From assembly GCA_963720495.1 (NCBI GenBank), contig CAVRFU010000014.1:14844-78843 (forward strand): a stretch of DNA of 64,000 nt. The letters are read 5' to 3'. This stretch comes from an uncultured Chloroflexia bacterium. GTDB taxonomy: Bacteria; Chloroflexota; Limnocylindria; Limnocylindrales; CSP1-4. Of the stretch, positions 43,086-54,187 are shown piece after piece. The notes beneath the pieces are model-generated. The model saw only the letters and a list, made by a program, of their open reading frames with translations, was not told where the DNA came from and did no database searches. The position numbers and the translations under genes are program-made. The first letter of the stretch is position 1. Each line of letters begins with the position of its first letter.

Positions 43086-43397
43086 ATGATGCGACGACGA
43101 GGTGGCCTGGTCCGGGCTGCCGCAACGACCGCGGTGGTCGCCGGCACGGCCGGTGCCGTGTCCCACCATCAGCAGCAGAAGTACGCGCAGCAGGCCGAGG
43201 CCCAGGCGTACGAGCAGCAGCAGGCTGCCCCGCCCCCGCAGGCGTATGCGCCGCCCCCGGCGCCGGCCCCCGCGGCCCCGGCCGCGGAAGTCGACCCGCA
43301 GACGGCTCAGCTCCAGAAGCTGGCCGACCTCCACGCTCAGGGCATCCTCACGGACGACGAGTTCGCAGCCGCCAAGGCAAAGGCCCTCGGGATCTGA
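43086..43397 (+). CDS. SHOCT domain protein
   Basis: ATTAVVAGTA N-terminus, Gln/Pro linker, LADLHAQGILTDDEFAAAKAK. Confidence 0.85.
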   Translation: MMRRRGGLVRAAATTAVVAGTAGAVSHHQQQKYAQQAEAQAYEQQQAAPPPQAYAPPPAPAPAAPAAEVDPQTAQLQKLADLHAQGILTDDEFAAAKAKALGI

Positions 43398-43534
43398 TCC
43401 CGGCCTGACCACACGCGCGACGACGCGAGACGGACCCGCGACGCGGGACCCGGCTCGCGTCGTTTCATGTCCGGATCCGGATCCCGCGCGCTGGCACGCC
43501 GACGTGGGTGATCGCGCCGGGCGCAGAGTCCCGG

Positions 43535-45718
43535 CTAGGGTGTGATGGTCGTCGCCTGGGTCGCCGGCGGCGCCGCGCCATCGGCGATCGCGCTCACGCT
43601 GTCACTCTCGTCGTAGGCCCCGACGGGCTCGGTGTCGAGGACCCGCAGGACGGTCCGCCAGACCGTGGCGATCACACCGAGGAACGGCACGACCAGGAAC
43701 ATGCCGATGACCCCGGCAACCGCGTTCCCGGCCGGGATCGCGACGAGGACGACCGCCGGGTGGAGGCTCACGACCCGGCTGTAGACGATCGGCGCGACGA
43801 TGTTGCCCTGCACGATGTTGAAGACGATCGTGAAGATGGCCATGATCAGGATGTCCTGGGGCGATCCGGTCGCGACGGTGACGAGGAATGCGAGACCGGT
43901 GGTGATCAGCGACCCGATGTACGGGATGAACCCGCCGAAGACGGCCAGGATCGCCAGCGGCAACGCCAGCGGGATGCCCGAGGACGGCCATGATCAGGAA
44001 CTGGGTCGCGGCGCCGAAGACCGAGATCGCACCCGTCCCGAGCATGTAGCCGCCGAGCACGTTGACCGCGCGTGTCCCGGCCGCGTCGATGTACGACCGC
44101 CGGCCCGGCTCGATACGCCGCAGGAACGTCGCCCAGAACGTATCGCCGTCGCGCAGGAAGTAGAACGTCAGGAGGACGGCCAGGAACACGATCACCCCCA
44201 GCCCTGCGAGGCTCTGGAGGACGCCGATGCGATCGTGAGCAGGACGCCGGCGCCGAAGTCTTCCACGAGCGCGACGAGCGCTCCCCCTTGCCCGCCCAGG
44301 GCATCGCTCGACGAGGTCGCACCGGCGGCGGCGTTCGAGACGATGTCGCTCGCTGGTCCCGCCAGCGCGACGATCGTGAGGCCGACGATCAGGACCACGC
44401 CCAGGGTCGCTCCGAGCGTCGCGCCGAGTGCCGCCCGGCCCTTGCTCCAGCCGCGGGCCTCGAGGCGCCGTGACAGAGGCAGGAGCGTCGAGGCCAGGAC
44501 GATGCCGAGCACGAGCGGCAGGACCACGATCGGCACCTGGACGGCGGCCGCGATGCCGACGGCCAGCAGCGCCAGCGCGACCAGCAATCGCCAGCTCCAC
44601 TGACCGAGCCGATCCAGCCAGATCGGGACGAGCGGGTTGGCGGTCGAACGAGCCGTCGGATCGACACCGAGGACCTCGATCGCCGCGCCCGTGATGGCGA
44701 GGGCAAAGGCGACCACGGGGATCGCCACGAAGAGCCCGACGATCCCGGCCAGGGCGGCCCCGGCCGGCAGCGCGGTGAGCACGATCGCCGGGTGGATGTG
44801 GACGGTCTTGTTGTAGATGGCCGGGGCCAGGAACTTGCCCTGGATCACGTTGAGGATCGAGATCAGAACGAGGAGGATGAATGCGGCCGTCGTCCCCTGC
44901 GACGCCAGGGTCACGGAGAGCAACAGAAGCGTCGTGACCAGGCCACCGATGTACGGGATGAACCGACCGAAGAAGACGATGACCGCGAGCGGGAGAGCGT
45001 GCGGAACACCGAGGATCAGGAGGAACAGGCCCTCGAACAGGCCGTCGAACGCGGCGATGACGGCGGTCCCGCGCAGGTAGCCGCCGACACGCTCGAGTGC
45101 GACGTGCCCAGACGTGGTGATCGCCTCCCGGCGCCACTCGTTGGCCGAGGACAGCACCCAGACCCAGGCCTTGTCACCGTCCATCATGAAGAAGAAGGTC
45201 AGGAACGTCGCGAGGAGCCCGATCGTGAAGACGATCCCGATGGTGCCGGCGATGTCGGTGGCGGAGGACGACAGCCACGCCTCCACGCCGTTCGCGGCGT
45301 TCTCGACCGCGCTCGCGACCTCAGGCGGGACGTTGTAGTCGGTCAGGAGGGTCTTCACGGCCGCGATGCCGGCATGGAGGTCCGTGACGACATCCTTGAT
45401 GTACGGGAGGAAGGCCAACGCGATGATGGCCAGGGTCGCGATGATCACCACGGCCGCGCCGAGGAAGACCGCGGCCGCGGCCTTGATCCGCGACCAGCCA
45501 CGGTTGCGCAGGGCCAGCACGAACGGGGCGAACGTCGCAGCGACGATGGCAGCCACGAGCACGGAGGCGGTGACCGTCGAGAGGATGCTCAGGATCCCGA
45601 TGAGGACCACGACGAGGGCGACCGCCGCGAGGAGCCGCCAGCCGACGGCGGCCAGCCGCTGCAGCCAGCCGGGGACGAGGCCGTCGTCCGGCGGCAGGGC
45701 CGTAGCGATCTCGCTCAT
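43535..45718 (-). CDS. Second double-length AI-2E family permease; frameshifted
   Basis: Same duplicated motifs (FFMMDGD / FIPYIG / IHPA, then YFLRDGD / FIPYIG / LHPA); paralog of 37778-39968. Confidence 0.82.
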
Positions 45719-45878
45719 ATTCTGGGGGTCTCCTCCGACGGTCGCGTCCGGGACGCGGCGCGCTAGGAGTCTACCCCGACGGTCACCGCCTCAGAACGGC
45801 GAGGCGGTGCGTGGGACTGCCGGGCAAGCGGCGGACGGCGGGCCGACGGCCGGAGTCGGGCCTGCGCCCGGGTCCGTG

Positions 45879-48800
45879 TCAGCCGGCGGCCGGCGTCCCC
45901 GCCACCTCCGGCGAGGGACCCGCCGCGTCCTGGCCCGACCCGAGCCGTCGTGCGACCCGGACCTTGAGGCTGTCGACCAGCGAGTACACGACCGGGATGA
46001 CCAGCAGCGTCAGGAACGTCGAGCTGAAGAGCCCGCCGATGACGACCGTGCCGAGCTCCGCGGCGATGATCGACCCCTGGTTGAACCCCGCCGCGAGCGG
46101 GATCAACGCCAGGATCGTGGCGATCGCGGTCATCAGGATCGGGCGGACACGCGTCCGCCCGCCGACGATGAGGGCCTGCTTCGTGGACATCCCCTCGGAG
46201 CGCAGCCGTTCGACGAGGTCGAGCAGCACGATGGCGTTCGTGACGACGATGCCGATGAGCATCAGGAAGCCGATCAGGGCGCTGACGCCGATCGGGCGGC
46301 CGGTCAGGTACAGGGCCGGGAAGGCGCCGATCGTCGCGAGCGGCAGCGTGAACAGGATGACGAACGGCGTCACCAGCGAGTTGAAGGTGAGCACCATCAT
46401 CACGTAGACCAGCAGGATCGCCACGCCCATCGAGGCGAACAGCCCGCCGAACGCTTCGCTCTGCTGCTGGCTGACACCCGCCAGCTCCGCGGTCGTGCCT
46501 GCCGGGAAGGCGCCGGCGGCCGCGAGCTGGTCGAGCTCGGTCTGGACCGATGCCGACACGGCACCGGTGTCGTCACCGGCGATCTCGGCCGTGATCGACG
46601 CCGCGGGCCGCTCGTCGATCCGGGTGATGCTGCCCTGGACCTCGACCTGCTCGACCGTCGAGATCGTCCCGAGCGGCACGACCGCGACCGTCCCGACCGG
46701 CAGCGCCTTGAGCGCGTCGACCGAGTCGACCGCCGCCGGATCGAGCTGGACGACCACCTGGACCGTCTGGCCGTCGGCGGACTGGATGCTGGTCGCCGGC
46801 TGCGCGACGAGCGCCGCGCGGACCTGGCCGGCCACCTGGGCGGCCGTCATGCCGACGGTGATCGCCTTGTTCGGATCGACCGTGACCTGGACCTCCGGGG
46901 TCGCCTTGACGAGGTCGCTCTTGAGGTTGACGAGGTCGGGCTGGTCCTTGAGCGCCTCGAGGATCGCCGTCGTCGCCTTGTCGACGTCGGCGGCGGTCTG
47001 GCCCGTCACGATGACGTTGAGGCCGCCGGCGGAGAACCCGCCCGACGAGACCGTGGCGTCGTACCCGTCGGTCCGGACCGGTTCGAGCGACGTCGCGATC
47101 CGCGCGGAGGTCTCGTCGACGTCGGCAGTCGTCCTTGAGCCGGATGGTCATCGTCGCGCTGTTGGCAGCCCGGCCCTGGAGGGCGGACTGGAAGACCTGC
47201 GAGCTCGTGTCGCCCTCGGCCGGGATGCTCGTCTGGACGAGCTCGACCGCGGGGTCGGCCAGCAGGATGGTCTCGGCCTGGATGGTCTTCTCGAGGACGG
47301 CCGCCGAGCTCGCGCCCGTCGGCGGCGCGATGGTCACGATCAGGGTCTTCTCGGACCCGGCGTTGATGAACTGGGTCGGCAGCAGCGGTGCGAGCGCCGC
47401 CGAGGCGAAGAACAGCACGGCCGCGACGACGACGACGCGCGAGCTTGGTCAGCCGGCCGCGCAGGACGAAGCGTGATGATCGGGGTGTACAGGCCGGACC
47501 CAGATCGACCGCCGTGGGCTCGCCGTCCTCGTCGACCGCGGACTTGACGTCCCGGATCAGGAAGTAGGCCAGGACCGGGACGACGGTCAGCGCGCAGACC
47601 AGCGAGGCGAGCAGCGCGAACGTCACGGTCAGCGCGAACGGCAGGAAGAACTGCGAGACGAGACCGCCGACGAACCCGAGCGGCAGGAAGACCGCGACGG
47701 TCGTGAGCGTGCTGGCGGTGATCGCCCCGGCGACCTCGCGCGGGACCGTTGATGGCCGCGCGTCAGGCGGTCCTCGCCGAGCGCCCGGTGCCGGTAGATG
47801 TTCTCGAGGACGACGATCGCGTCGTCCACCACTCTGCCCACGGCGACCGCGAGGCCGCCCAGGGTCATGATGTTGATGGTCACCCCGGTCAGCTGCATGA
47901 TCACGAGCGCGGTCAGGATCGAGAGCGGGATGCTGATCGCGGCGACGATCGTCGCGCGGATGCTGAACAGGAACAGGAAGATCGTCAGGATCGCGAAGAT
48001 GGCGCCGAGGCCGCCCTCGCGGACGAGGCCGTCGCGCGACTCCTTGATGAACACGGACAGGTCGGCGACGGTCGTGACCGTCATCTGGTCCGCGTGCCGG
48101 CTCTGGATCTCGGCCAGCTTGGCCTGGACCGCGTCGGCCACTTCGACCGTGTTGGCGTTCGATGCCTTGGAGACGGTCAGCGTCAGCGCCTGGTCGCCGT
48201 TGGTCCGGCCGTAGCCGGTCGTGGCGACGAGGTCGGGCTCGACCGTGCCGAGGTCGCCGATCGTGATCGGCTTCGGCGCGACCGGCGCGGCGGAGGGCGC
48301 GACGCTCGGTCCGGACGACGGCGCGGCGCTGCCGGCCGGCGCGGACGCAGCCGGGGCGGACGCGACCGGGGCGGGCACCACCGGCGCGGCGCGCTCGAAG
48401 CCGACGACGAGGCCGCGGATCTGATCGACTCGACGTCAGCTCGCCGATGGTCGAGACCGGGACCTTCGAGCCGTCGGCGGGCAGCTGGCCCGAGGGCAGG
48501 GTGAGGTTGTTGGCCTGGAGGACGCCGACGATCTGCTGGCTGGTGATGGTCGCTGCCGCCATCTTGGCCGGGTCCAGCGTGATGAAGACCCGCTCCTCGA
48601 GGCCGCCGGTCACGTCGGCCCGGGCGACGCCTTCGATCCCTCAGGATCTCCGGGACGATCTCGGTCCGGGCGATCTCGCGCGACTCCTGGAGACCGTCGG
48701 ACCCGCTCGCGGCGATCGACGAGATGACCACCGGCGAGGCGTTGATGTTGAGCGCCTGGACGGTCGGCTGCGGCCGACGCGGGCAGGTTCGCCTTGGCGA

Positions 48801-49137
48801 TCGCCTCGTGATGGCCTGTGTCGTCGCCTTGACGTCGGTCCCGAACGAGAACTGGGTGACGACCAGCGAGATCGAGTTGGACGAGGTCGACTGGATGGTC
48901 TCGAGCCGCGGCACGCCGCTGATGGCGTTCTCGATCGGCTTCGTCACCTGCTCGGTGACGTCGGACGAGCCGGCGCCCGGGTAGGGCGTGACCACCGTGA
49001 TGACCGGGAAGTCGATGTCCGGCAGGAGCTCCTGCTTGAGGCTGCCCCAGGCGGAGGCCCCGGCGATGAACAGGGCGCCCGGCGAACAGGAGCGTGACGC
49101 TCCGCTTGCTCAGGGCCAGGCGGCTCAGGCGACTCAC
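45879..49137 (-). CDS. RND (AcrB/SwrC-like) efflux transporter; several frameshifts
   Basis: LLPDIDFP, VTKPIE, GRVVDDAIVVLENI, GIVVTNAIV, RVRPILMT. Confidence 0.9.
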
Positions 49138-49602
49138 GGTCGTGTCTCCGATTCCTGGTGTCTGGGGCTGGATGGTCGTGTGGATGTGGCGGACGGGGCG
49201 CTTGTCGAGGCCGCGGCGGCTCGGTCGATGGCCAAGTCGAGGATCCCCATGGACCGTTCGACGATGGCCAGCTCCGCGGCGTCCAGACGGGACAGGAGGT
49301 CGCGCAGCTGGCGCACGTTGAGCTCGCGGAAGCGTTCGAGAAGAGCCTCCGCATCGGGCGTGGCGGTGACCACGACCTGGCGGCGGTCGTCGGCATCGGT
49401 GTGCCGCTCGAGCAGGCCCAGCTCGACGAGCCGGTCGACCAGCTCGCTGGCGGACGACGAGCCGATCCCGAGGCGGGCGGCGAGCTCGGACATGCGCAGC
49501 CGCCCGGCGGCCATGCACGACGTACAGGACCTTGGCCTGGGCCATCGTGATGCCGACCTCGGTGAACTCCGAGGCGTGGCTGACGACGAGCCGGTGCATC
49601 AT
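49134..49602 (-). CDS. MarR-family regulator; frameshifted, start uncertain
   Basis: ITMAQAKVL, MSELAARLG, LVDRLVELGLLER...DRR; overlaps the RND start. Confidence 0.8.
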
Positions 49603-49750
49603 CCGCTCGTAGCCGGCGAGGACCCGCTCGATGTCTCCCGAGCCCGGTCCGCTGTTAGCGTCAGATGGAATGTTCGGGAACTCCGTACAGTTCGGTCGGC
49701 CCACACTATATCGCGTCGTGCCGGCGGGTGCGTCCCGTACCATCGGCCCG

Positions 49751-50992
49751 GTGACCCCAGCCCTCCAGCTCGACCGGGCGACCGCGCGCCGGTTCCTCGC
49801 GACCCGCCACCTGCTGGCTCCCCCGCGGTCGCTGCCGCCGGAGCCGGCCTCCGTCATGCGCGTGGTGGACCGGCTCGGCTCCCTGCAGTTCGACCCGCTC
49901 GAGATCACCGGTCGCAACCACGACCTGGTGCTGGCTGCCCGGATCGCGGGCTACCGGCGCTCGTGGACCGATAACTTCCTGTACGCCACGCGCGAGCTGT
50001 ATGAGACCTACAACAAGGGCCTGTCGATCGTGCCGACCGCCGAGCTGCCGTGGTATCGCATCGCCTGGGACGAGAGCCGCCGAGATCACGATGGAGCCAC
50101 GTTCGACGAGCACGCCCCGCTCGTGGCGGAGCTGCTGGACCGGATCCGGCGGGAGGGGCCGCTGGCCTCGACGGACTTCGAGCCGCGGGCGGCCATCGAG
50201 TGGTACTGGCGACCGACCAACCAGATCCGCGCGATCCTCGAGGCGCTGGCGGAGGCGGGCATCCTCGGGCTGGCCAGGCGCGACGGCAACCGGAGGGTCT
50301 ACGACCTCGCGGAGCGGCTGTTCCCCGCCTCGCTCCTCGAGGGCCGGCCCGCCGAGCGCGAGCAACGCCGGCACAAGCTGCTGTCGCGCTATCGCGCCCA
50401 CGGCCTCCTCGGGCGCTCGGGGAGTGCCGAGCTGTGGTCCGGCATCCGGCCGTGGCGGACCGAGCTCCTGGCGGAGCTCGTCGAGGACGGGGCCCTCCTC
50501 CCGGTGAACGTCGAGGGCGTCCGCGGCGAGCGGTTCATGCTGCCCGCGGAGATCGGCCTGCTCGAGGCGCCGGAACCCGCGGGACGGCCCGGCGTGGCGT
50601 TCCTGGCACCGCTCGATCCGTTCGTCTGGGACCGCGACTTCCTGCGCGCGCTGTACGACTTCGACTACGTCTGGGAGGTCTATGTCCCGGCTGCCAGGCG
50701 GCGGTGGGGGTACTACGTGCTGCCGATCCTCTTCGGCGATCGGCTGGTCGGCCGGCTCGAGCCGCGGTTCGACCGACGAGCCGGGACGCTGCGCGTGCTC
50801 GACCTGTGGTGGGAGGACGGCTTCGAACCGCTGGCCGCAGCCGGCTTCGTCGAGGCTCTGACCGACGCGCTGGATGCCCACGCGCGGTTCGGCGAGGTCG
50901 GCCGGATCGTCCTGCCCCGAGCGGCTCGCCATCGGCCGCTCGCGTCGGCCATCCGCGCCCGACTCGGGACGCGGGGCCGGATCAGGGGATGA
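49751..50992 (+). CDS. ycaQ: YcaQ/AlkZ-family interstrand-crosslink DNA glycosylase
   Basis: LQFDP (QxD), LAPLDPFVWDR, YVWEVY, GYYVLPIL. Confidence 0.85.
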   Translation: MTPALQLDRATARRFLATRHLLAPPRSLPPEPASVMRVVDRLGSLQFDPLEITGRNHDLVLAARIAGYRRSWTDNFLYATRELYETYNKGLSIVPTAELPWYRIAWDESRRDHDGATFDEHAPLVAELLDRIRREGPLASTDFEPRAAIEWYWRPTNQIRAILEALAEAGILGLARRDGNRRVYDLAERLFPASLLEGRPAEREQRRHKLLSRYRAHGLLGRSGSAELWSGIRPWRTELLAELVEDGALLPVNVEGVRGERFMLPAEIGLLEAPEPAGRPGVAFLAPLDPFVWDRDFLRALYDFDYVWEVYVPAARRRWGYYVLPILFGDRLVGRLEPRFDRRAGTLRVLDLWWEDGFEPLAAAGFVEALTDALDAHARFGEVGRIVLPRAARHRPLASAIRARLGTRGRIRG

Positions 50993-51794
50993 TGTGGATG
51001 GTGTGCCAGGCGCCCCAGTTGCCGGCCCTGTCCCGGGCCCTGATCCGGACGTAGTAGTTGGTGCCGCGACTCCAGGTCGTGGCGTGACTGGTCTTGGTCG
51101 TCGGGCCCCACGACACCCAGTCAGTCCCACTGCGCCTGGCCTGGACGTCGAAGTAGCGCAACCCTGCGGTCAGGACCTGGAGGCGGGTGTCGGCGCCCGA
51201 CCAGTGGATCGTGACGCGGACGTGTCGGGCATCGACCGATCGCTTCGTGACCGACCCGAACTTCGACCAGGCGCCCGTCTTGTCGCGCTGCTTGACGAAG
51301 ACGCCGGCGAAGTAGCGCTTGCCGCTGGCGGAGACGGCTGCCCCGTACCCGACGTAGTTGTAGTTCGTCGAGAGCATGATCGCGCGGTGGCCGGAGGAGG
51401 CCATCCAGGCGGCGATCGTCCCCTTCACGGCATCGTACATGTCAGGCTCGAACCGGTAGGAGATGATCTCGCCGGCCGCGTACCACTGGATCGCGTCGGC
51501 GGAGAGCCGGTCGTAGACCTTCGTGCCGTTCGGCTCGGTGTGGCTGAGCACGTCGTTCGCGGCCATCACCTTCGCCCGATCCTGGGCGATCTGCATGAGG
51601 TCGCCGTCCTGACGGAGTGCGACCAGACCGTGGGCTGTGCGCTTCTGGTTCGTCAACCGCACGAGATCGGTTCCGGCCCTGGTCAGGTCGGCCGCGCTGA
51701 CCGCGTTCGTCCCGGCGGCCGCCGGCACAGCTTGCGGCACGAGCAGGAGTCCGGCGAGCAGGAATGGAGTGAGGCGGCGGGTCAAGGTGAGCAC
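50982..51794 (-). CDS. Secreted CAP/SCP-domain protein with an Fn3-like C-terminus
   Basis: Signal peptide; TNQKR, LSH, AGEII, WMASSGHRAIML; YYVRIRARDRAGNWG. Confidence 0.8.
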   Translation of the reverse strand: MLTLTRRLTPFLLAGLLLVPQAVPAAAGTNAVSAADLTRAGTDLVRLTNQKRTAHGLVALRQDGDLMQIAQDRAKVMAANDVLSHTEPNGTKVYDRLSADAIQWYAAGEIISYRFEPDMYDAVKGTIAAWMASSGHRAIMLSTNYNYVGYGAAVSASGKRYFAGVFVKQRDKTGAWSKFGSVTKRSVDARHVRVTIHWSGADTRLQVLTAGLRYFDVQARRSGTDWVSWGPTTKTSHATTWSRGTNYYVRIRARDRAGNWGAWHTIHIIP

Positions 51795-51989
51795 GGGTCG
51801 ATCCTCCCTCGCGAACACCTCTGGTGACATGGGCAGGCTGTCACGGGCGTCCGGCGCGTTGGTACCCCGCCCGGAATCATGCACACCAGACCGGACTACC
51901 GCAAACCGCACCGGACCGCACCGGACGAACGGGCGGCGGCTGTGGGACGATGCGTCCACCGACCCCTGCGACCCAACGGAGGTAGACCC

Positions 51990-52433
51990 ATGTCCGCCAT
52001 TCGACGCGCCGAGGCCACCTGGTCCGGCGCCCTGACCACCGGCTCCGGGAACGTCTCGGCGATCTCGTCGGGCTCGTTCACGAGCCTGCCCGTCTCGTGG
52101 GCCGCCCGGACCGAGTCGTCCGATGGCAAGACGAGCCCGGAGGAGCTGGTCGCGGCCGCCCATGCCTCCTGCTTCGCGATGGCGCTGTCGGGCGCCCTGG
52201 GACGCGCCGGGACGCCGCCGGACCGCCTGGACGTCTCGGCCGAGGTCACCTTCGACAAGCTGGAGGCGGGCTGGCGGGTCGTGTCCAGCGCGCTGACCGT
52301 CCGGGGCGTCGTGCCCGGCATGTCCCGCGAGGACTTCGTCGCGGCCGCCGAGGCGACCCGGGATGGCTGCCCGATCAGCGTCGCGCTGGCCGGCAACGTC
52401 GCGCTCAGCGTCGAGGCGACCCTCGAGGGCTGA
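51990..52433 (+). CDS. osmC: OsmC-family peroxiredoxin
   Basis: SPEELVAAAHASCF and CPIS; GGAGG RBS. Confidence 0.9.
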   Translation: MSAIRRAEATWSGALTTGSGNVSAISSGSFTSLPVSWAARTESSDGKTSPEELVAAAHASCFAMALSGALGRAGTPPDRLDVSAEVTFDKLEAGWRVVSSALTVRGVVPGMSREDFVAAAEATRDGCPISVALAGNVALSVEATLEG

Positions 52434-52446
52434 CCCTCCCGGCGGT

Positions 52447-53386
52447 CTACCCGATCGTCAGGAGCCGTCGCGGGTTCGCGACCGTCATCGCGTCGATCTC
52501 GGCGTCCGAGACGCCGGCTCCGCGGAGTCGGGGCAGGAACGACTCCGCCAGGTAGGTGTACCCGTTGCCCTCGTAGCGCTTCAGCTGCGAGTCGTGGCAG
52601 ACGTCCTGGCTGAGCAGGATCCGGTCGGCGTGGCCGCGTGCCAGGAGCTCGCAGAGGAGCTCGACCACGCGGCTTTCGCCGAGCCGCTCGACGGCACTGA
52701 ACGACATCCCGAGGAAGTCGAACTCGATCGACGCACCGCGCTCGATGATCGCGAGGTAGTGGTCGAGGCTCGGGTACGAGTCGGCGTGGCCGATGACGAC
52801 CCGTCCCGGATCGGCCCCCTCCTCCTCGAAGATCCGGAGCTGGGCGAGACCGACGTCGGACAGCACGGCGTGGGTGGTGATCGCGAGGCCGGTCCGCCGG
52901 GCCGCCCGCGCAGCCGCTCGATGCACCCGCTCCTCGGCCGGTGAGACCCACGGCTTGTCCGTCCCGATCTCGCCGATGATCCCGGGCCGGACCCCGCTGT
53001 CCCCCACCCCGCCCTCGATCTCGGCGACCAGCTCGTCGGCGAGGTCGTCTGCCGACCGTCGATCGATGAGGGCCTCGGGCGGGTAGTAGGCCGTGCGGTA
53101 CCAGCCGCAGCCCATCACGAGGTTGAGCCCGCTCGCCCCGGCCAGGCCGCGCAGCCAGGCCGGGTCACGACCGACGCCCGGCAGGGTCAGGTCCACGAGG
53201 CTCCGCCCGCCGGCCGCGCGGAACCGGCGCGAGCTCCTCGAGGATGACCGGCTCGTCGCGGGTGAGCTGCCAGTAGTCCCAGCGCGACTGGATGTGCCAC
53301 AGCGCGATCTGCGTGTGCTCGTGCGGCAGGGTGAACCCGAGGTCGGTCGGGTCGATCGGGCCGAGGACGGTCTGGACGTGGGCCAT
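52447..53386 (-). CDS. Phosphotriesterase-related amidohydrolase; one frameshift
   Basis: VQTVLG, TLPHEH, GIIGEIG, ITTH, VIGH, LSQD. Confidence 0.87.
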
Positions 53387-53397
53387 GGGTGGCGATG

Positions 53398-54051
53398 CTA
53401 CGCCGTCGGCAGTGGCTCCGGGACGTTCGGCCGCGATGCACCCGCGGCCGCGAGCAGGAGCTCGACGATGGCGCCGGCGCGGCGCTCGAGATCGGCCGGC
53501 CGGTAGGCCGGACCGGCCTCGATCCTCTGGAGCAGCAGGCCGTCCAGCAGCGCCAGCAGGCCGCGCGTCACGGCGTCGACGTCGAGCCCGGCCGGGAGCT
53601 CGCCGGCGAGCACGCCCTGCCGCAGGAGGAGCTGGCCGGCACCGGCCAGCCGTTCGCGACGGGCCGCCAGCATCTCGCGGACGCCCGGCTCGCGATCCGC
53701 CTCCGCCCAGGCCTGGACGAGCGAGACCTGGCCCGGGTCGCCGTCGTAGTCGTCGATCGTCTCGACGTACAGCGCGACCGCGATCGCGAGCCGTTCCGCT
53801 GTAGTCCGCGCGGGCGCGAGGCGATGAGCGAGCTCGTCCAGGCCGCGCGTCGCGAGCTCGTCGCAGGTCAGCCGGATGAGCTCGTCCTTGCCCGAGAAGT
53901 GGCTGTAGATGGCCCCGACCGACAGACCGCTCTCGCGGACGATGTCCGCGATGGTCGAGCTGTGGTAGCCCTTCTGGCTGAAGACGCGGGCCGCGGCGGA
54001 CAGGATCCGGTCCCGGACCTCCTGCTCGTGGGCGGCGCTGACACGGGGCAC
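53398..54051 (-). CDS. TetR/AcrR-family regulator
   Basis: ILSAAARVF...TIADI...SVGAIYSHFSGKDEL. Confidence 0.9.
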   Translation of the reverse strand: MPRVSAAHEQEVRDRILSAAARVFSQKGYHSSTIADIVRESGLSVGAIYSHFSGKDELIRLTCDELATRGLDELAHRLAPARTTAERLAIAVALYVETIDDYDGDPGQVSLVQAWAEADREPGVREMLAARRERLAGAGQLLLRQGVLAGELPAGLDVDAVTRGLLALLDGLLLQRIEAGPAYRPADLERRAGAIVELLLAAAGASRPNVPEPLPTA

Positions 54052-54067
54052 GATCGACTCCCAAAGA

Positions 54068-54153
54068 GAATGGACGTTCATCGCAATCTAGCGCACGGTC
54101 GTGCGGAGCGCAACCATCACGTCTTGACAAAACGAATGGTCATTCTCTATCTT
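54068..54153. promoter_or_regulatory. Two TetR-type operators and the MMPL promoter
   Basis: GAATGGACGTTC (54068-54079) and GAATGGTCATTC (54134-54145); the second lies between TTGACA (54124) and TATCTT (54148). Confidence 0.72.
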
Positions 54154-54187
54154 CCTCGGGTCCGACCTTGTCCCGAGAGGAACTCCG

